Shown one piece after another: positions 51,824 through 61,353 of a DNA stretch of 64,000 nt. The notes under the pieces are model-generated. The model saw only the letters and a program-made list of their open reading frames with translations, was not told the origin of the DNA and made no database searches. The translations under genes and the position numbers were made by a program. This stretch comes from Lachnospiraceae bacterium. Its GTDB lineage: Bacteria > Bacillota > Clostridia > Lachnospirales > Lachnospiraceae. How positions within the stretch are numbered: the stretch's first letter is position 1; the number at the start of each line of letters is the position of its first letter. The stretch spans positions 779 through 64,778 of the forward strand of contig JAQUUX010000004.1 of the NCBI GenBank assembly GCA_028693705.1. The letters are read 5' to 3'.

Positions 51824-51907
51824 GTATGAGTATGCCGCATAACGAGGTATAAGTTTGCCCATTGGACAACACCAAAGTTAGCGAGTAAATATAATAGGAG
51901 GTGCCAT
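51824..51907 (+). promoter_or_regulatory. Possible L21 ribosomal-protein leader (autoregulatory 5' UTR)
   Basis: An untranslated leader of about 84 nt lies between the promoter and rplU. An L21 leader RNA is known upstream of rplU in low-GC Gram-positives. I could not verify its fold by eye. Confidence 0.3.
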
Positions 51908-52213
51908 ATGTACGCAATTATTGCAACAGGTGGAAAACAGTACAAAGTATCTGAAGGCGACGAAATCCGTGTTGAGAAACTGGATGCAGAAGCTGGTAGT
52001 ACTGTAACATTTGACCAGGTTATCGCTGTTAGCGATGCTGAATTAAAGGTAGCTGATGCTGTAGCTAAAGCTTCTGTAACTGGAACAGTTGTTAAACAGG
52101 ACAGAGCAAGAAAAGTTATTGTCTATAAGTATAAGAGAAAAACCGGCTATCATAAGAAAAATGGTCATAGACAAGCATACACTTTAGTAAAAATCGACAA
52201 GATTAACGCTTAA
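51908..52213 (+). CDS. rplU: 50S ribosomal protein L21
   Basis: MYAIIATGGKQYKVSEGD... AGGAGG RBS. Confidence 0.95.
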   Translation: MYAIIATGGKQYKVSEGDEIRVEKLDAEAGSTVTFDQVIAVSDAELKVADAVAKASVTGTVVKQDRARKVIVYKYKRKTGYHKKNGHRQAYTLVKIDKINA

Positions 52214-52221
52214 TTGGAATT

Positions 52222-52545
52222 ATGACTAGAGTGACAATTTATCGTTCCAAAAAAGGTGACTATAAAAGACTTGTCTGTTCCGGGCATGCAGATTTTGCAG
52301 AGTATGGTTCAGATATTGTCTGTGCATCCATTTCCGTTTTGGTAATTAATACGCTTAATGCCATGGAGAAGTTTGCCGCAGTACAAATGAAACAGGAAGA
52401 GAAAGATGGTTTTCTGGACATTTCGTTTCTTAGTCCCTTCAATGAGAAAGCGGAAGTGTTAATGGATGCTTTGTTATTGGGTTTGGATGATGTGAAACGC
52501 CAATATGGCAAAAAGTTTTTAGACTTAAAAATCAAGGAGGTGTAA
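52222..52545 (+). CDS. prp: Ribosomal-processing cysteine protease Prp
   Basis: 107 aa between rplU and rpmA. Contains [19 protein letters not shown], the His/Cys dyad region. Confidence 0.85.
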   Translation: MTRVTIYRSKKGDYKRLVCSGHADFAEYGSDIVCASISVLVINTLNAMEKFAAVQMKQEEKDGFLDISFLSPFNEKAEVLMDALLLGLDDVKRQYGKKFLDLKIKEV

Positions 52546-52550
52546 AACCT

Positions 52551-52835
52551 ATGTTAAAATTAAACCTTCAATTTTTCGCTCATAAAAAGGGTGTTGGTTC
52601 TACCAAGAACGGTAGAGATTCCGAATCCAAGAGATTAGGTGCGAAAAGAGCTGATGGACAGTTCGTTAAAGCAGGTAATATTCTTTACAGACAGCGTGGT
52701 ACTAAGATTCATCCTGGTACAAACGTTGGTATCGGTGGAGATGATACTTTATTTGCTCTGGTTGACGGTACTCTTAGATTCGAAAGAAAAGGAAGAGATA
52801 AGAAACAGGCTTCCGTATATCCGGTAGAGAAATAA
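52551..52835 (+). CDS. rpmA: 50S ribosomal protein L27 with an N-terminal propeptide
   Basis: [24 protein letters not shown]. The propeptide ends in FF before AHKKG, which is the Prp cleavage context. Confidence 0.95.
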   Translation: MLKLNLQFFAHKKGVGSTKNGRDSESKRLGAKRADGQFVKAGNILYRQRGTKIHPGTNVGIGGDDTLFALVDGTLRFERKGRDKKQASVYPVEK

Positions 52836-52860
52836 GATTCCTGAAACGAAAGATGATGCG

Positions 52861-52897
52861 GGCTTCAAACAGCTATTGTTTGAAGCCTTTTTTTCAC
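52861..52897 (+). terminator. Rho-independent terminator after rpmA
   Basis: GGCTTCAAACA / TGTTTGAAGCC followed by TTTTTTT. Confidence 0.8.
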
Positions 52898-53007
52898 TTG
52901 TAATAAAGCTAACAATACCGAAGCATGTATTGCTTAAACCGGCATGGTTATAATAAAAATGCCTGTTTCGTTATTGTTAGCTTGCAACATTCAGAATGGA
53001 GAATCAT

Positions 53008-54297
53008 ATGTTTGCAGATCGTGCAAAAATTTTTATAAAAAGTGGTAAGGGCGGGGATGGACATGTTTCCTTTAGAAGAGAGAAATTTGTACCTGACGGA
53101 GGCCCGGATGGCGGAGATGGTGGAAATGGCGGAAGCGTTATTTTCGAAGTGGATGAAGGCTTAAATACCCTTACGGACTATCGTCATGTCCGTAAATACG
53201 CTGCCCAGAATGGCGAGGACGGCGGAAAGAAGAACTGTAAAGGAAAAAGCGGCAACGATATTATATTGAAGGTTCCTGAAGGAACTGTTATAAAAGAGGC
53301 AGCTTCCGGTAAAGTCATAGCAGATATGTCCGGAGAAAACAGACGTTATACCATACTTCGAGGCGGACGTGGCGGCAGTGGTAACCAGCATTATGCTACC
53401 AGTACCATGCAGGCACCAAAATATGCCCAGCCCGGTCAACCGGCTAAGGAACTGGAATTATTTTTGGAATTAAAAGTCATTGCGGATGTAGGTTTAGTAG
53501 GATTTCCCAATGTTGGTAAATCAACATTTTTATCCAGAGTTACCAATGCACGTCCAAAGATCGCGAACTACCATTTTACAACCTTAAATCCTAACCTTGG
53601 TGTTGTAGATCTGGATGGGGATCAGGGCTTTGTCATTGCAGATATTCCAGGTCTCATCGAAGGCGCTTCGACCGGTATAGGCCTTGGATTTGAATTCTTA
53701 CGTCATATTGAACGTACCAGAGTTATGATTCATATTGTTGATGCAGCTTCTACAGAGGGAAGAGATCCTATTGAGGATATATACGCCATTAATAAGGAAC
53801 TGGAAACATACAATGCTGATATAGCGGCCAGACCACAGGTTATTGCTGCTAATAAGATTGATGCCATTTTTGACCCGGAATCTGATGCAATTGAGAAGAT
53901 AAAACAGGAATTTGAACCAAAAGGAATCAAAGTATTCCCGATTTCTGCGGTTACCGGTTCAGGTGTAAAAGAACTTCTGTATTATGTGAATGATTTATTG
54001 AAAACAGTGGAAGATAAGAAAATTGTATTTGAACAGGAATTTGATCCTGCTGTGGATATTCCGGTTGTGGATGGTGCTTATACCGTTGTTTACGATGAGG
54101 ATGCACAGGAATACGTCATTGAAGGTCCGAGAATCGAAAAAATGTTAGGTTACACTAACTTGGATTCAGAAAAAGGTTTTGAATTCTTCCAGAAGTTCTT
54201 GAAATTAAATGGCATTTTAGATGAGCTGGAAGCATTGGGCATTAAAGATGGCGATACCGTAAGAATGTATGGATTATCCTTTGATTACTATAAGTAA
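53008..54297 (+). CDS. obg: GTPase Obg
   Basis: MFADRAKIFIKSGKGGDGHVSFRREKF, Gly-rich Obg fold, G1 GFPNVGKST, and a C-terminal OCT domain. I prefer the ATG at 53008, which follows a GGAGA RBS. Confidence 0.92.
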   Translation: MFADRAKIFIKSGKGGDGHVSFRREKFVPDGGPDGGDGGNGGSVIFEVDEGLNTLTDYRHVRKYAAQNGEDGGKKNCKGKSGNDIILKVPEGTVIKEAASGKVIADMSGENRRYTILRGGRGGSGNQHYATSTMQAPKYAQPGQPAKELELFLELKVIADVGLVGFPNVGKSTFLSRVTNARPKIANYHFTTLNPNLGVVDLDGDQGFVIADIPGLIEGASTGIGLGFEFLRHIERTRVMIHIVDAASTEGRDPIEDIYAINKELETYNADIAARPQVIAANKIDAIFDPESDAIEKIKQEFEPKGIKVFPISAVTGSGVKELLYYVNDLLKTVEDKKIVFEQEFDPAVDIPVVDGAYTVVYDEDAQEYVIEGPRIEKMLGYTNLDSEKGFEFFQKFLKLNGILDELEALGIKDGDTVRMYGLSFDYYK

Positions 54298-54335
54298 TAA
54301 AGATATATAAATGGTCTAACAAGAGAGGAATTAAC

Positions 54336-54626
54336 ATGACAAGCAAGCAAAGAGCATATTTAAAGAGTCTGGCAAGTGTACTGAATCCTATTTTTCAAGT
54401 AGGAAAATCCAGTATTACACCGGAAGTTACAGAGGCGATCGGCGAAGCTTTTAATACAAAAGAGCTGATAAAAGTCGCTGTTTTAAAGAACTGTGCAGAC
54501 GATCCGAGAGAAATTGCAGAAATGATTGCGGAAAGAACCCACTCTGAGGTTGTACAGGTTATCGGTAAGAAAATTGTATTGTACAAACCGGATAAGGATG
54601 ATCCTAAAATTGTTCTGCCAAAATAA
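54336..54626 (+). CDS. yhbY: YhbY-family (CRM domain) RNA-binding protein
   Basis: 96 aa. LTSKQRAYLKSLA...FQVGKSSIT. Confidence 0.85.
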   Translation: MTSKQRAYLKSLASVLNPIFQVGKSSITPEVTEAIGEAFNTKELIKVAVLKNCADDPREIAEMIAERTHSEVVQVIGKKIVLYKPDKDDPKIVLPK

Positions 54627-54659
54627 TTTTCACACCTGAATAAGAGGACGTGTAGTCTT

Positions 54660-55250
54660 ATGAAAATTGGAATCATTGGGGGTACTTTTGACCCTATTCA
54701 CAATGGGCATCTGCAGATTGCTGAAAATGCATACAGAAGTTTTGCATTGGATAAAGTGATTTTTATTCCCAGCGGATGTTCTTATATGAAGGAACATGTT
54801 TCGGAAGCTGAATGCAGACTGGCCATGGCCAAACTGGCTTTGCAGAAATACAACTATTTTGCTGTATCGGATATTGAAACCAAACGTCCCGGAAATTCTT
54901 ATACCTTTGAAACTTTGTCAGAACTTTCAGCCCAATGTCCTGCGGAGTACTACTACATTATAGGAGCAGATACTCTTTTTATGATGGAAAAGTGGAAAAG
55001 TCCTGAGATTATCTTTGAGCTGAGTACTATACTGGTTTCCGTTAGAGAGGGCTTCCCTATGGATGAACTCCGGGCAAAGAAAGACGAACTTGAAAAGAGA
55101 TATCAAGCCAGAATTCATTTTCTGCCCACACGATATTTCCCATATTCTTCCACAGAAATCCGTGCCAGAGTACAAAGAGGGGCAGATGTATCTGATATGC
55201 TGGCAGATGAGGTGTATTCTTTTATTCAGTCTCATAAATTATACGTATGA
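54660..55250 (+). CDS. nadD: Nicotinate-nucleotide adenylyltransferase
   Basis: IGIIGGTFDPIHNGH (HxGH motif). Confidence 0.9.
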   Translation: MKIGIIGGTFDPIHNGHLQIAENAYRSFALDKVIFIPSGCSYMKEHVSEAECRLAMAKLALQKYNYFAVSDIETKRPGNSYTFETLSELSAQCPAEYYYIIGADTLFMMEKWKSPEIIFELSTILVSVREGFPMDELRAKKDELEKRYQARIHFLPTRYFPYSSTEIRARVQRGADVSDMLADEVYSFIQSHKLYV

Positions 55251-55867
55251 AGGTGAAATGCAGAATGGATACAGTAAAAGAACTACCGAAACTGAAAAAA
55301 TTACGACATGAAATGAAAAAGGTTTTGAAAGAAAGCAGATATGAGCATACACTTTCGGTTGCTTATACTGCCGCCAATCTTGCATCAATATACAAGGTTG
55401 ACGTGCCAAAAGCATTGGTGGCAGGTATGCTTCACGACTGTGCCAAGTGTTTGACAGATGAGGAAAGACTTCATATTTGTTATGAAGCTGATATTCCTGT
55501 TACTCCACTGGAGAAAAAACAGCCTTTTTTGTTACATGCAAAAGTAGGAGCTTATTTGGCTAAAACAAAATATGATATAGAAGACCGGGATATTTTACAA
55601 TCAATTGCTTCTCATACAACAGGTCGTCCGGAAATGAGCAATCTGGAAAAGATTATTTTCATAGCAGATTATATGGAACCCGGGCGGGATCATGCTCCGA
55701 ATCTGGACACAATCCGAAAGGAAGCTTTTACGAATCTAGATCAGGCATTGCTTCATATATTGACTGATACACTGGCATATTTGAATTCGACAGACGGAGA
55801 AATCGATCCACAAACAGAACTTACCTGGAAATACTACGATAAACTGGCAATCAAACAACAGTTTTAA
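55247..55867 (+). CDS. yqeK: HD-domain protein YqeK (Ap4A hydrolase family)
   Basis: RYEHTLSV and LHDCAK motifs. Conserved nadD-yqeK-rsfS order. The start could be 55247 or ATG 55265. Confidence 0.85.
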   Translation: MKVKCRMDTVKELPKLKKLRHEMKKVLKESRYEHTLSVAYTAANLASIYKVDVPKALVAGMLHDCAKCLTDEERLHICYEADIPVTPLEKKQPFLLHAKVGAYLAKTKYDIEDRDILQSIASHTTGRPEMSNLEKIIFIADYMEPGRDHAPNLDTIRKEAFTNLDQALLHILTDTLAYLNSTDGEIDPQTELTWKYYDKLAIKQQF

Positions 55868-55900
55868 TTCTAATACTATTCAAGAAAGGATATAGATAAC

Positions 55901-56254
55901 ATGGAAGATAAGAATCGTTCAAAAGAAATGGCAACACTTGCTATCGAAGCAATGGAAGACAAAAAAGCAGAGGATATTAAAATAATTGATATCAGTGAGG
56001 TTTCTGTGATTGCAGATTATTTTCTCATTGCAAATGGAACCAACCGCAGCCAGATACAGGCATTATCAGATGCAGTAGAAGAGAAACTTGGCCGTGCAGG
56101 GTATCATTTAAAACAAAAAGAAGGATATGATACAGCAAATTGGGTGCTCATGGATTTTGGTGATGTGATTGTTCACATATTTGACCAGGAAAACCGTTTG
56201 TTTTATGATCTGGAACGAATCTGGAGAGACGGCAAAAAAATTGAAAAACTGTAA
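55901..56254 (+). CDS. rsfS: Ribosome silencing factor RsfS
   Basis: 117 aa. Contains DYFLIANGTNRSQIQAL and WVLMDFGDVIVHIF. Confidence 0.9.
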   Translation: MEDKNRSKEMATLAIEAMEDKKAEDIKIIDISEVSVIADYFLIANGTNRSQIQALSDAVEEKLGRAGYHLKQKEGYDTANWVLMDFGDVIVHIFDQENRLFYDLERIWRDGKKIEKL

Positions 56255-56264
56255 TTGATTATTA

Positions 56265-56318
56265 AGTACTATGGTGGTTCTCTGATTAATGGCATAAGAG
56301 ACTGTCATGGTACTTTTT
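56265..56318 (+). terminator. Rho-independent terminator after rsfS
   Basis: 19-bp stem AGTACTATGGTGGTTCTCT / AGAGACTGTCATGGTACT. All its imperfections are G-U pairs on the + strand only. Followed by TTTTT. Confidence 0.7.
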
Positions 56319-56372
56319 AAGTATATAGTTTGTAGTTATATCTAATATGACAAAATATTATATTTTTGATTC

Positions 56373-56401
56373 TTGACTAAAAAAAGACATCAGCGTATGA
56401 T
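56373..56401 (+). promoter_or_regulatory. Candidate sigma-A promoter of the liv operon: TTGACT, 17-nt spacer, TATGAT
   Basis: -35 at 56373-56378 and -10 at 56396-56401. Confidence 0.5.
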
Positions 56402-56453
56402 ATGCAAAATAAGGCAATTTATTTTGTACTTTATGAAATGGGAGGAAAAAGTT

Positions 56454-57680
56454 ATGAAGAAATTTAACAAAATCATGAGTGCAGCATTAGTTGCATCTAT
56501 GGTAATGGTTTCCATGGCAGGTTGCGGAAGCAGTGCAGAAACAGCTACTGAAGCACCGGCAGCCGGAACAACAGCAGCTACAGAGGCAGCAGCTGAAACT
56601 ACTGCAGCAGATGGTGCTACCATTAAAATTGGTGGTATTGGACCTATCACAGGACCTGCAGCAGATTATGGTATTGCAGTACAGAACGGTTCCCAGTTAG
56701 CAGTTGACGAGATCAATGCTAATGGCGGTATCAATGGTGTTCAGATCGAATACAATTTCCAGGATGATGTACATGATGCTACAACATCAGTAAACGCTTA
56801 CAATTCATTAAAGGATTGGGGTATGCAGATGTTAATGGGTACCGTTACTTCCGGTCCTTGTCAGGCAGTTGTAGAGAAAACCCAGGAAGACAATATGTTC
56901 CAGTTGACTCCTTCAGGATCTTCTGTAGAATGTATCAAATATGACAATGCATTCCGTGTATGCTTCTCTGATCCTAACCAGGGTATTGCATCCGCAGATT
57001 ACATTGCAGATAACAAGCTTGCGGAAAAAGTTGCTATCATTTATAACAGTTCTGATGTTTATTCTTCAGGTATTACAGAGAAATTTACTGCTGAAGCAGG
57101 AGTTAAGGGTCTGGAAATCGTTTCCAGCGAAGCTTTCACAGCTGATTCTGCTACAGACTTCTCCGTACAGTTACAGAAAGCACAGGCTGCCGGAGCAGAT
57201 CTGGTATTCTTACCAATCTACTATACAGAGGCTTCTATCATCTTAACACAGGCTAACACAATGGGATATGCACCTGCATTCTTTGGTTGTGACGGCTTAG
57301 ACGGTATCTTAGGCGTTGAAAACTTTGATACAGCTCTTGCAGAGGGCGTTATGTTATTAACTCCTTTCGCAGCTGATGCAAAAGATGATGCTACTGTAGC
57401 ATTTGTAACTGCTTATGAAGAAGCTTACGGAAAAACACCTAGCCAGTTCGCAGCTGATGCTTATGATGCAATCTACATCATCAAAGCTGCTGCTGAAAAA
57501 GCAGGCGTTACAGCTGATATGAGTGTTTCTGACATTTGTGAAGCTATGAAGCCAGCTATGTTGGAAGTTTCTGTTGATGGTTTAACAGGCGCAGGTATGA
57601 CCTGGTCAGCTGATGGTGAGCCTTCCAAAGCTCCTAAGGCAGTTAAGATTACCGATGGTGCTTACGCAGCAATGGAATAA
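56454..57680 (+). CDS. Branched-chain amino acid ABC transporter substrate-binding lipoprotein
   Basis: GGGAGG RBS. Lipobox MVSMAGCGSS. LivJ-type periplasmic binding fold. An Ala/Thr/Glu-rich linker follows the Cys. Confidence 0.88.
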   Translation: MKKFNKIMSAALVASMVMVSMAGCGSSAETATEAPAAGTTAATEAAAETTAADGATIKIGGIGPITGPAADYGIAVQNGSQLAVDEINANGGINGVQIEYNFQDDVHDATTSVNAYNSLKDWGMQMLMGTVTSGPCQAVVEKTQEDNMFQLTPSGSSVECIKYDNAFRVCFSDPNQGIASADYIADNKLAEKVAIIYNSSDVYSSGITEKFTAEAGVKGLEIVSSEAFTADSATDFSVQLQKAQAAGADLVFLPIYYTEASIILTQANTMGYAPAFFGCDGLDGILGVENFDTALAEGVMLLTPFAADAKDDATVAFVTAYEEAYGKTPSQFAADAYDAIYIIKAAAEKAGVTADMSVSDICEAMKPAMLEVSVDGLTGAGMTWSADGEPSKAPKAVKITDGAYAAME

Positions 57681-57697
57681 ATCTTAAAGCAATCAAG

Positions 57698-57743
57698 GAG
57701 GGTTGTGAGGATGGATAATTCTGTCCTTACAGCTCTCTTTTTA
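57698..57743 (+). terminator. Intra-operon hairpin plus T-run after the binding-protein gene (partial terminator or stabiliser)
   Basis: GAGGGTTGTGAGGA / TCCTTACAGCTCTC. All three imperfections are G-U on the + strand. Followed by TTTTT. Confidence 0.6.
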
Positions 57744-57887
57744 TGTGAAAGCAGGTAACTGTTACACTTGTTCTTAGTGTGTATACATGCATTTGAAAGT
57801 ACATGGTATTGCTTGCTTAACATAACTAACAATGCTATAATATACTGTATTGTTTTTTGAAACGAAAATAGATAAAGAGGTGTTCTT

Positions 57888-58772
57888 ATGAGTTTTATAA
57901 CCTATTTAGTACAAGGTGTCAGCCTTGGTAGTGTATATGCAATCATTGCTCTTGGATACACTATGGTATACGGTATTGCAAAGATGTTAAACTTTGCCCA
58001 TGGTGACGTTATCATGGTTGGTGGTTTCACCTGTTTTACATTATCCAGTTCAATGGGATTGCCACCAATTGTAGGTGTGCTGGTTTCCATTGTTTTTTGT
58101 ACCATTTTGGGAGTAGTCATCGAGCGAGTTGCATACAGACCTTTACGTGAGGCGGCATCACCGCTTGCTGTTTTGATTACTGCCATTGGTGTGAGCTACT
58201 TATTACAGAATGTCGCTCTTTTGATTTTCGGTTCTAATCCGAAGTCCTTTACCTCAGTTGTTACAATTCCGGCAATTAAGCTGTTTGAAGGACAGGTTAC
58301 CATTTCCGGTGAAGCAATTGTGACCTTAATTTGCTGTGTCGTTATTATGATTGGACTTACCTTATTTATTAATAAAACCAAGGGTGGTCAGGCAATGTTA
58401 GCAGTTTCCGAAGACAAAGGGGCAGCACAGTTAATGGGTATCAATGTAAATGGTACCATAGCATTAACCTTTGCTATCGGTTCCGGTCTGGCTGCTATTG
58501 CAGGTGTGTTACTTTGCTCCACATATCCTTCATTAACTCCATATACAGGTTCCATGCCCGGTATCAAGGCTTTCGTCGCTGCTGTATTTGGCGGTATCGG
58601 ATCTATTCCGGGAGCAATGATTGGTGGTATCCTTTTGGGCGTTATTGAGATCTTTGGAAAAGCTTACATATCTTCACAGATGGCCGATGCCATTGTTTTC
58701 TCAGTTCTGATTATCGTGCTGTTGGTAAAACCTACCGGTATTTTCGGTAAAAAGATTCAGGAAAAGGTATAA
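57888..58772 (+). CDS. livH: Branched-chain amino acid ABC transporter permease (LivH type)
   Basis: 294 aa, polytopic. Contains GYTMVYGIAKMLNFAHGD. Confidence 0.88.
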   Translation: MSFITYLVQGVSLGSVYAIIALGYTMVYGIAKMLNFAHGDVIMVGGFTCFTLSSSMGLPPIVGVLVSIVFCTILGVVIERVAYRPLREAASPLAVLITAIGVSYLLQNVALLIFGSNPKSFTSVVTIPAIKLFEGQVTISGEAIVTLICCVVIMIGLTLFINKTKGGQAMLAVSEDKGAAQLMGINVNGTIALTFAIGSGLAAIAGVLLCSTYPSLTPYTGSMPGIKAFVAAVFGGIGSIPGAMIGGILLGVIEIFGKAYISSQMADAIVFSVLIIVLLVKPTGIFGKKIQEKV

Positions 58773-58784
58773 GGCGGTGTATCT

Positions 58785-59858
58785 ATGAAAGCAAAAATGA
58801 AATGTAATAAATCAACTTTGAGTAGTATGATCACAATTGGCATGGTAGTAGCAGCCTATGTGATCATTGAAATATTAATGAAAGCCGGTCTGGTTTCCAG
58901 TATGTTAAAGGGACTTCTGGTTCCGGTATGTGTTTATGTACTGTTGGCAGTTTCCTTAAATCTTACTGTAGGTATCCTGGGTGAGCTTAGTCTGGGACAT
59001 GCAGGATTTATGTGTGTCGGTGCATTTACCAGTGCATTTGCTACAAAATGTCTGGCAGAGGTAATTCCTTCCAAGGGACTTTGTTTCTTTATCGCAATTG
59101 TCATTGGTGCTGCATTTGCTGCATTATTTGGCTTTTTGATCGGTATTCCTGTTTTACGTTTAAATGGTGATTACCTGGCAATTGTAACTTTGGCATTTGG
59201 CGAGATCATTAAGAACTTAATGAATGTTATCTACCTTGGAAAAGATTCCACAGGGTTTCATTTATCCTTCAAAGATTCCATGTCCTTAGGCATGGGCGTG
59301 GATGGTGTGATGCTCATTAATGGTCCGCAGGGTATCAGCGGAACACCTAATGTATCTAATTTTACCATTGCATTTATTTTGATTGTGTTATCTCTGCTAA
59401 TCATTCTGAACTTGATTCATTCCAGAGATGGCCGTGCTATTATGGCAATCAGGGATAATCGAATTGCAGCAGAAAGCGTTGGTATCAATATAACAAAATA
59501 TAAATTGATGGCATTTACCATTTCAGCTGCCATTGCCGGTGTAGCCGGAGTGTTATATTCCCATAATCTGGCAATTTTACAGGCAAAGGATTTCAACTAT
59601 AACATGTCTATTCTGGTTTTGGTATTTGTTGTATTAGGTGGCATTGGAAATATGCGTGGTTCCATTGTAGCAGCAGTGATTTTAACTTTGTTACCTGAAT
59701 TGTTACGAGGTCTGAGCAGTTATCGTATGTTAATCTATGCAATTGTATTAATCGTTATTATGTTATTTAACTGGGCTCCTAAAGCGATAGAATTCAGAAA
59801 GAAGCATTCCTTGAAAAACATGCTTCCAAAAAAAGCATCAGTAAAGGAGGAACAGTAA
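58785..59858 (+). CDS. livM: Branched-chain amino acid ABC transporter permease (LivM type)
   Basis: 357 aa, polytopic. Contains NLTVGILGELSLGHAGFM. Confidence 0.88.
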   Translation: MKAKMKCNKSTLSSMITIGMVVAAYVIIEILMKAGLVSSMLKGLLVPVCVYVLLAVSLNLTVGILGELSLGHAGFMCVGAFTSAFATKCLAEVIPSKGLCFFIAIVIGAAFAALFGFLIGIPVLRLNGDYLAIVTLAFGEIIKNLMNVIYLGKDSTGFHLSFKDSMSLGMGVDGVMLINGPQGISGTPNVSNFTIAFILIVLSLLIILNLIHSRDGRAIMAIRDNRIAAESVGINITKYKLMAFTISAAIAGVAGVLYSHNLAILQAKDFNYNMSILVLVFVVLGGIGNMRGSIVAAVILTLLPELLRGLSSYRMLIYAIVLIVIMLFNWAPKAIEFRKKHSLKNMLPKKASVKEEQ

Positions 59859-59859
59859 C

Positions 59860-60618
59860 ATGGCATTATTAGATGTACAGAATTTGGGTATTTCCTTTGG
59901 CGGTCTGAGAGCTGTTGACGGTTTTAACCTTTCTATAGAAAAAGGTCAGTTATATGGTCTGATCGGTCCTAATGGTGCCGGTAAAACCACTATTTTCAAC
60001 TTGCTGACAGGTGTTTATAAACCTAATGAAGGTATTATTAAATTAGACGGGACCGATATTACTGGTCAGAGAACCATTGATATCAATAAATCCGGTGTTG
60101 CCAGAACCTTCCAGAATATTCGGTTGTTTAAAGACTTATCCGTACTGGATAATGTTAAAGTGGGACTTCATAACAATCATCATTACAATACATTTGAAGG
60201 ACTTTTCAGACTTCCTAAATATTTCAAGATAGAAAAGGAAATGAATGAAAAGGCAATGGAACTGTTAAAGGTGTTTGATCTTGATAAAGAAGCTGATTAT
60301 CTGGCTTCCAATCTGCCTTATGGTAAACAGCGTAAACTGGAAATCGCCAGAGCCTTGGCCACTGATCCTAAGCTTTTGCTGTTGGATGAGCCAGCTGCAG
60401 GTATGAATCCTAATGAGACGAAGGAACTGATGGATACCATTCGTTTCGTTAGAGATAATTTTGAAATGACTATACTTTTGATAGAACATGATATGAAATT
60501 AGTATCCGGTATCTGTGAAAAGCTGACAGTATTAAACTTTGGTAAAGTTCTTTGCCAGGGTGATACCACCACAGTTTTGAATGACCCGGAAGTAATCAAG
60601 GCATATCTTGGAGAGTAG
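59860..60618 (+). CDS. livG: Branched-chain amino acid ABC transporter ATP-binding protein (LivG type)
   Basis: Walker A GPNGAGKTT, LPYGKQRKLEIARAL, LLLDEPAAG. Confidence 0.9.
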   Translation: MALLDVQNLGISFGGLRAVDGFNLSIEKGQLYGLIGPNGAGKTTIFNLLTGVYKPNEGIIKLDGTDITGQRTIDINKSGVARTFQNIRLFKDLSVLDNVKVGLHNNHHYNTFEGLFRLPKYFKIEKEMNEKAMELLKVFDLDKEADYLASNLPYGKQRKLEIARALATDPKLLLLDEPAAGMNPNETKELMDTIRFVRDNFEMTILLIEHDMKLVSGICEKLTVLNFGKVLCQGDTTTVLNDPEVIKAYLGE

Positions 60619-60630
60619 GAGGAAATAGAA

Positions 60631-61341
60631 ATGGCAATGCTTGAAGTAAAAGATCTCCAGGTATATTACGGTATGATCCAGGCAATTAAAGGGATTTCTT
60701 TTCATGTAAACGAAGGAGAGGTAATCGCTTTAATCGGTGCAAATGGTGCCGGTAAAACAACTACCTTACATACAATTACAGGACTTATTCCACCTGCTGA
60801 AGGAACAATCACATTTGAAGGCAAGGATATTACCAAAACACCTGCCTACAAAATCGTTTCCTTAGGTATGGCACATGTACCGGAAGGTAGACGTGTATTT
60901 TCTCAGTTATCCGTTTTACAGAACCTGAAAATGGGTGCTTATACCAGAAAAGATAAAGATGAATACGAAGACACCTTAAACATGGTATATGAACGTTTTC
61001 CGAGATTAAAGGAAAGACAAAATCAGATTGCCGGTACTTTATCCGGTGGCGAACAACAGATGTTGGCTATGGGACGTGCACTTATGTCACATCCTAAGAT
61101 CATCGTAATGGATGAGCCGTCTATGGGACTTTCACCGATTCTTGTTAATGAGATTTTTGATATTATTAAAGTGGTAAGTGAAGGCGGAACCACAGTTCTT
61201 CTTGTAGAACAGAATGCTAAAAAAGCGCTTTCCATTGCTGATAGAGGCTATGTTCTGGAAACCGGAAAAATCGTTCTGGAAGGAAAAGCAAGTGACTTGT
61301 TAAATAATGATTCCATTAAAAAAGCATATCTTGGTGAATAG
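60631..61341 (+). CDS. livF: Branched-chain amino acid ABC transporter ATP-binding protein (LivF type)
   Basis: Walker A GANGAGKTT, LSGGEQQMLAMGRAL, IVMDEPSMGL. Confidence 0.9.
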   Translation: MAMLEVKDLQVYYGMIQAIKGISFHVNEGEVIALIGANGAGKTTTLHTITGLIPPAEGTITFEGKDITKTPAYKIVSLGMAHVPEGRRVFSQLSVLQNLKMGAYTRKDKDEYEDTLNMVYERFPRLKERQNQIAGTLSGGEQQMLAMGRALMSHPKIIVMDEPSMGLSPILVNEIFDIIKVVSEGGTTVLLVEQNAKKALSIADRGYVLETGKIVLEGKASDLLNNDSIKKAYLGE

Positions 61342-61353
61342 GAGCGTGTAAAA

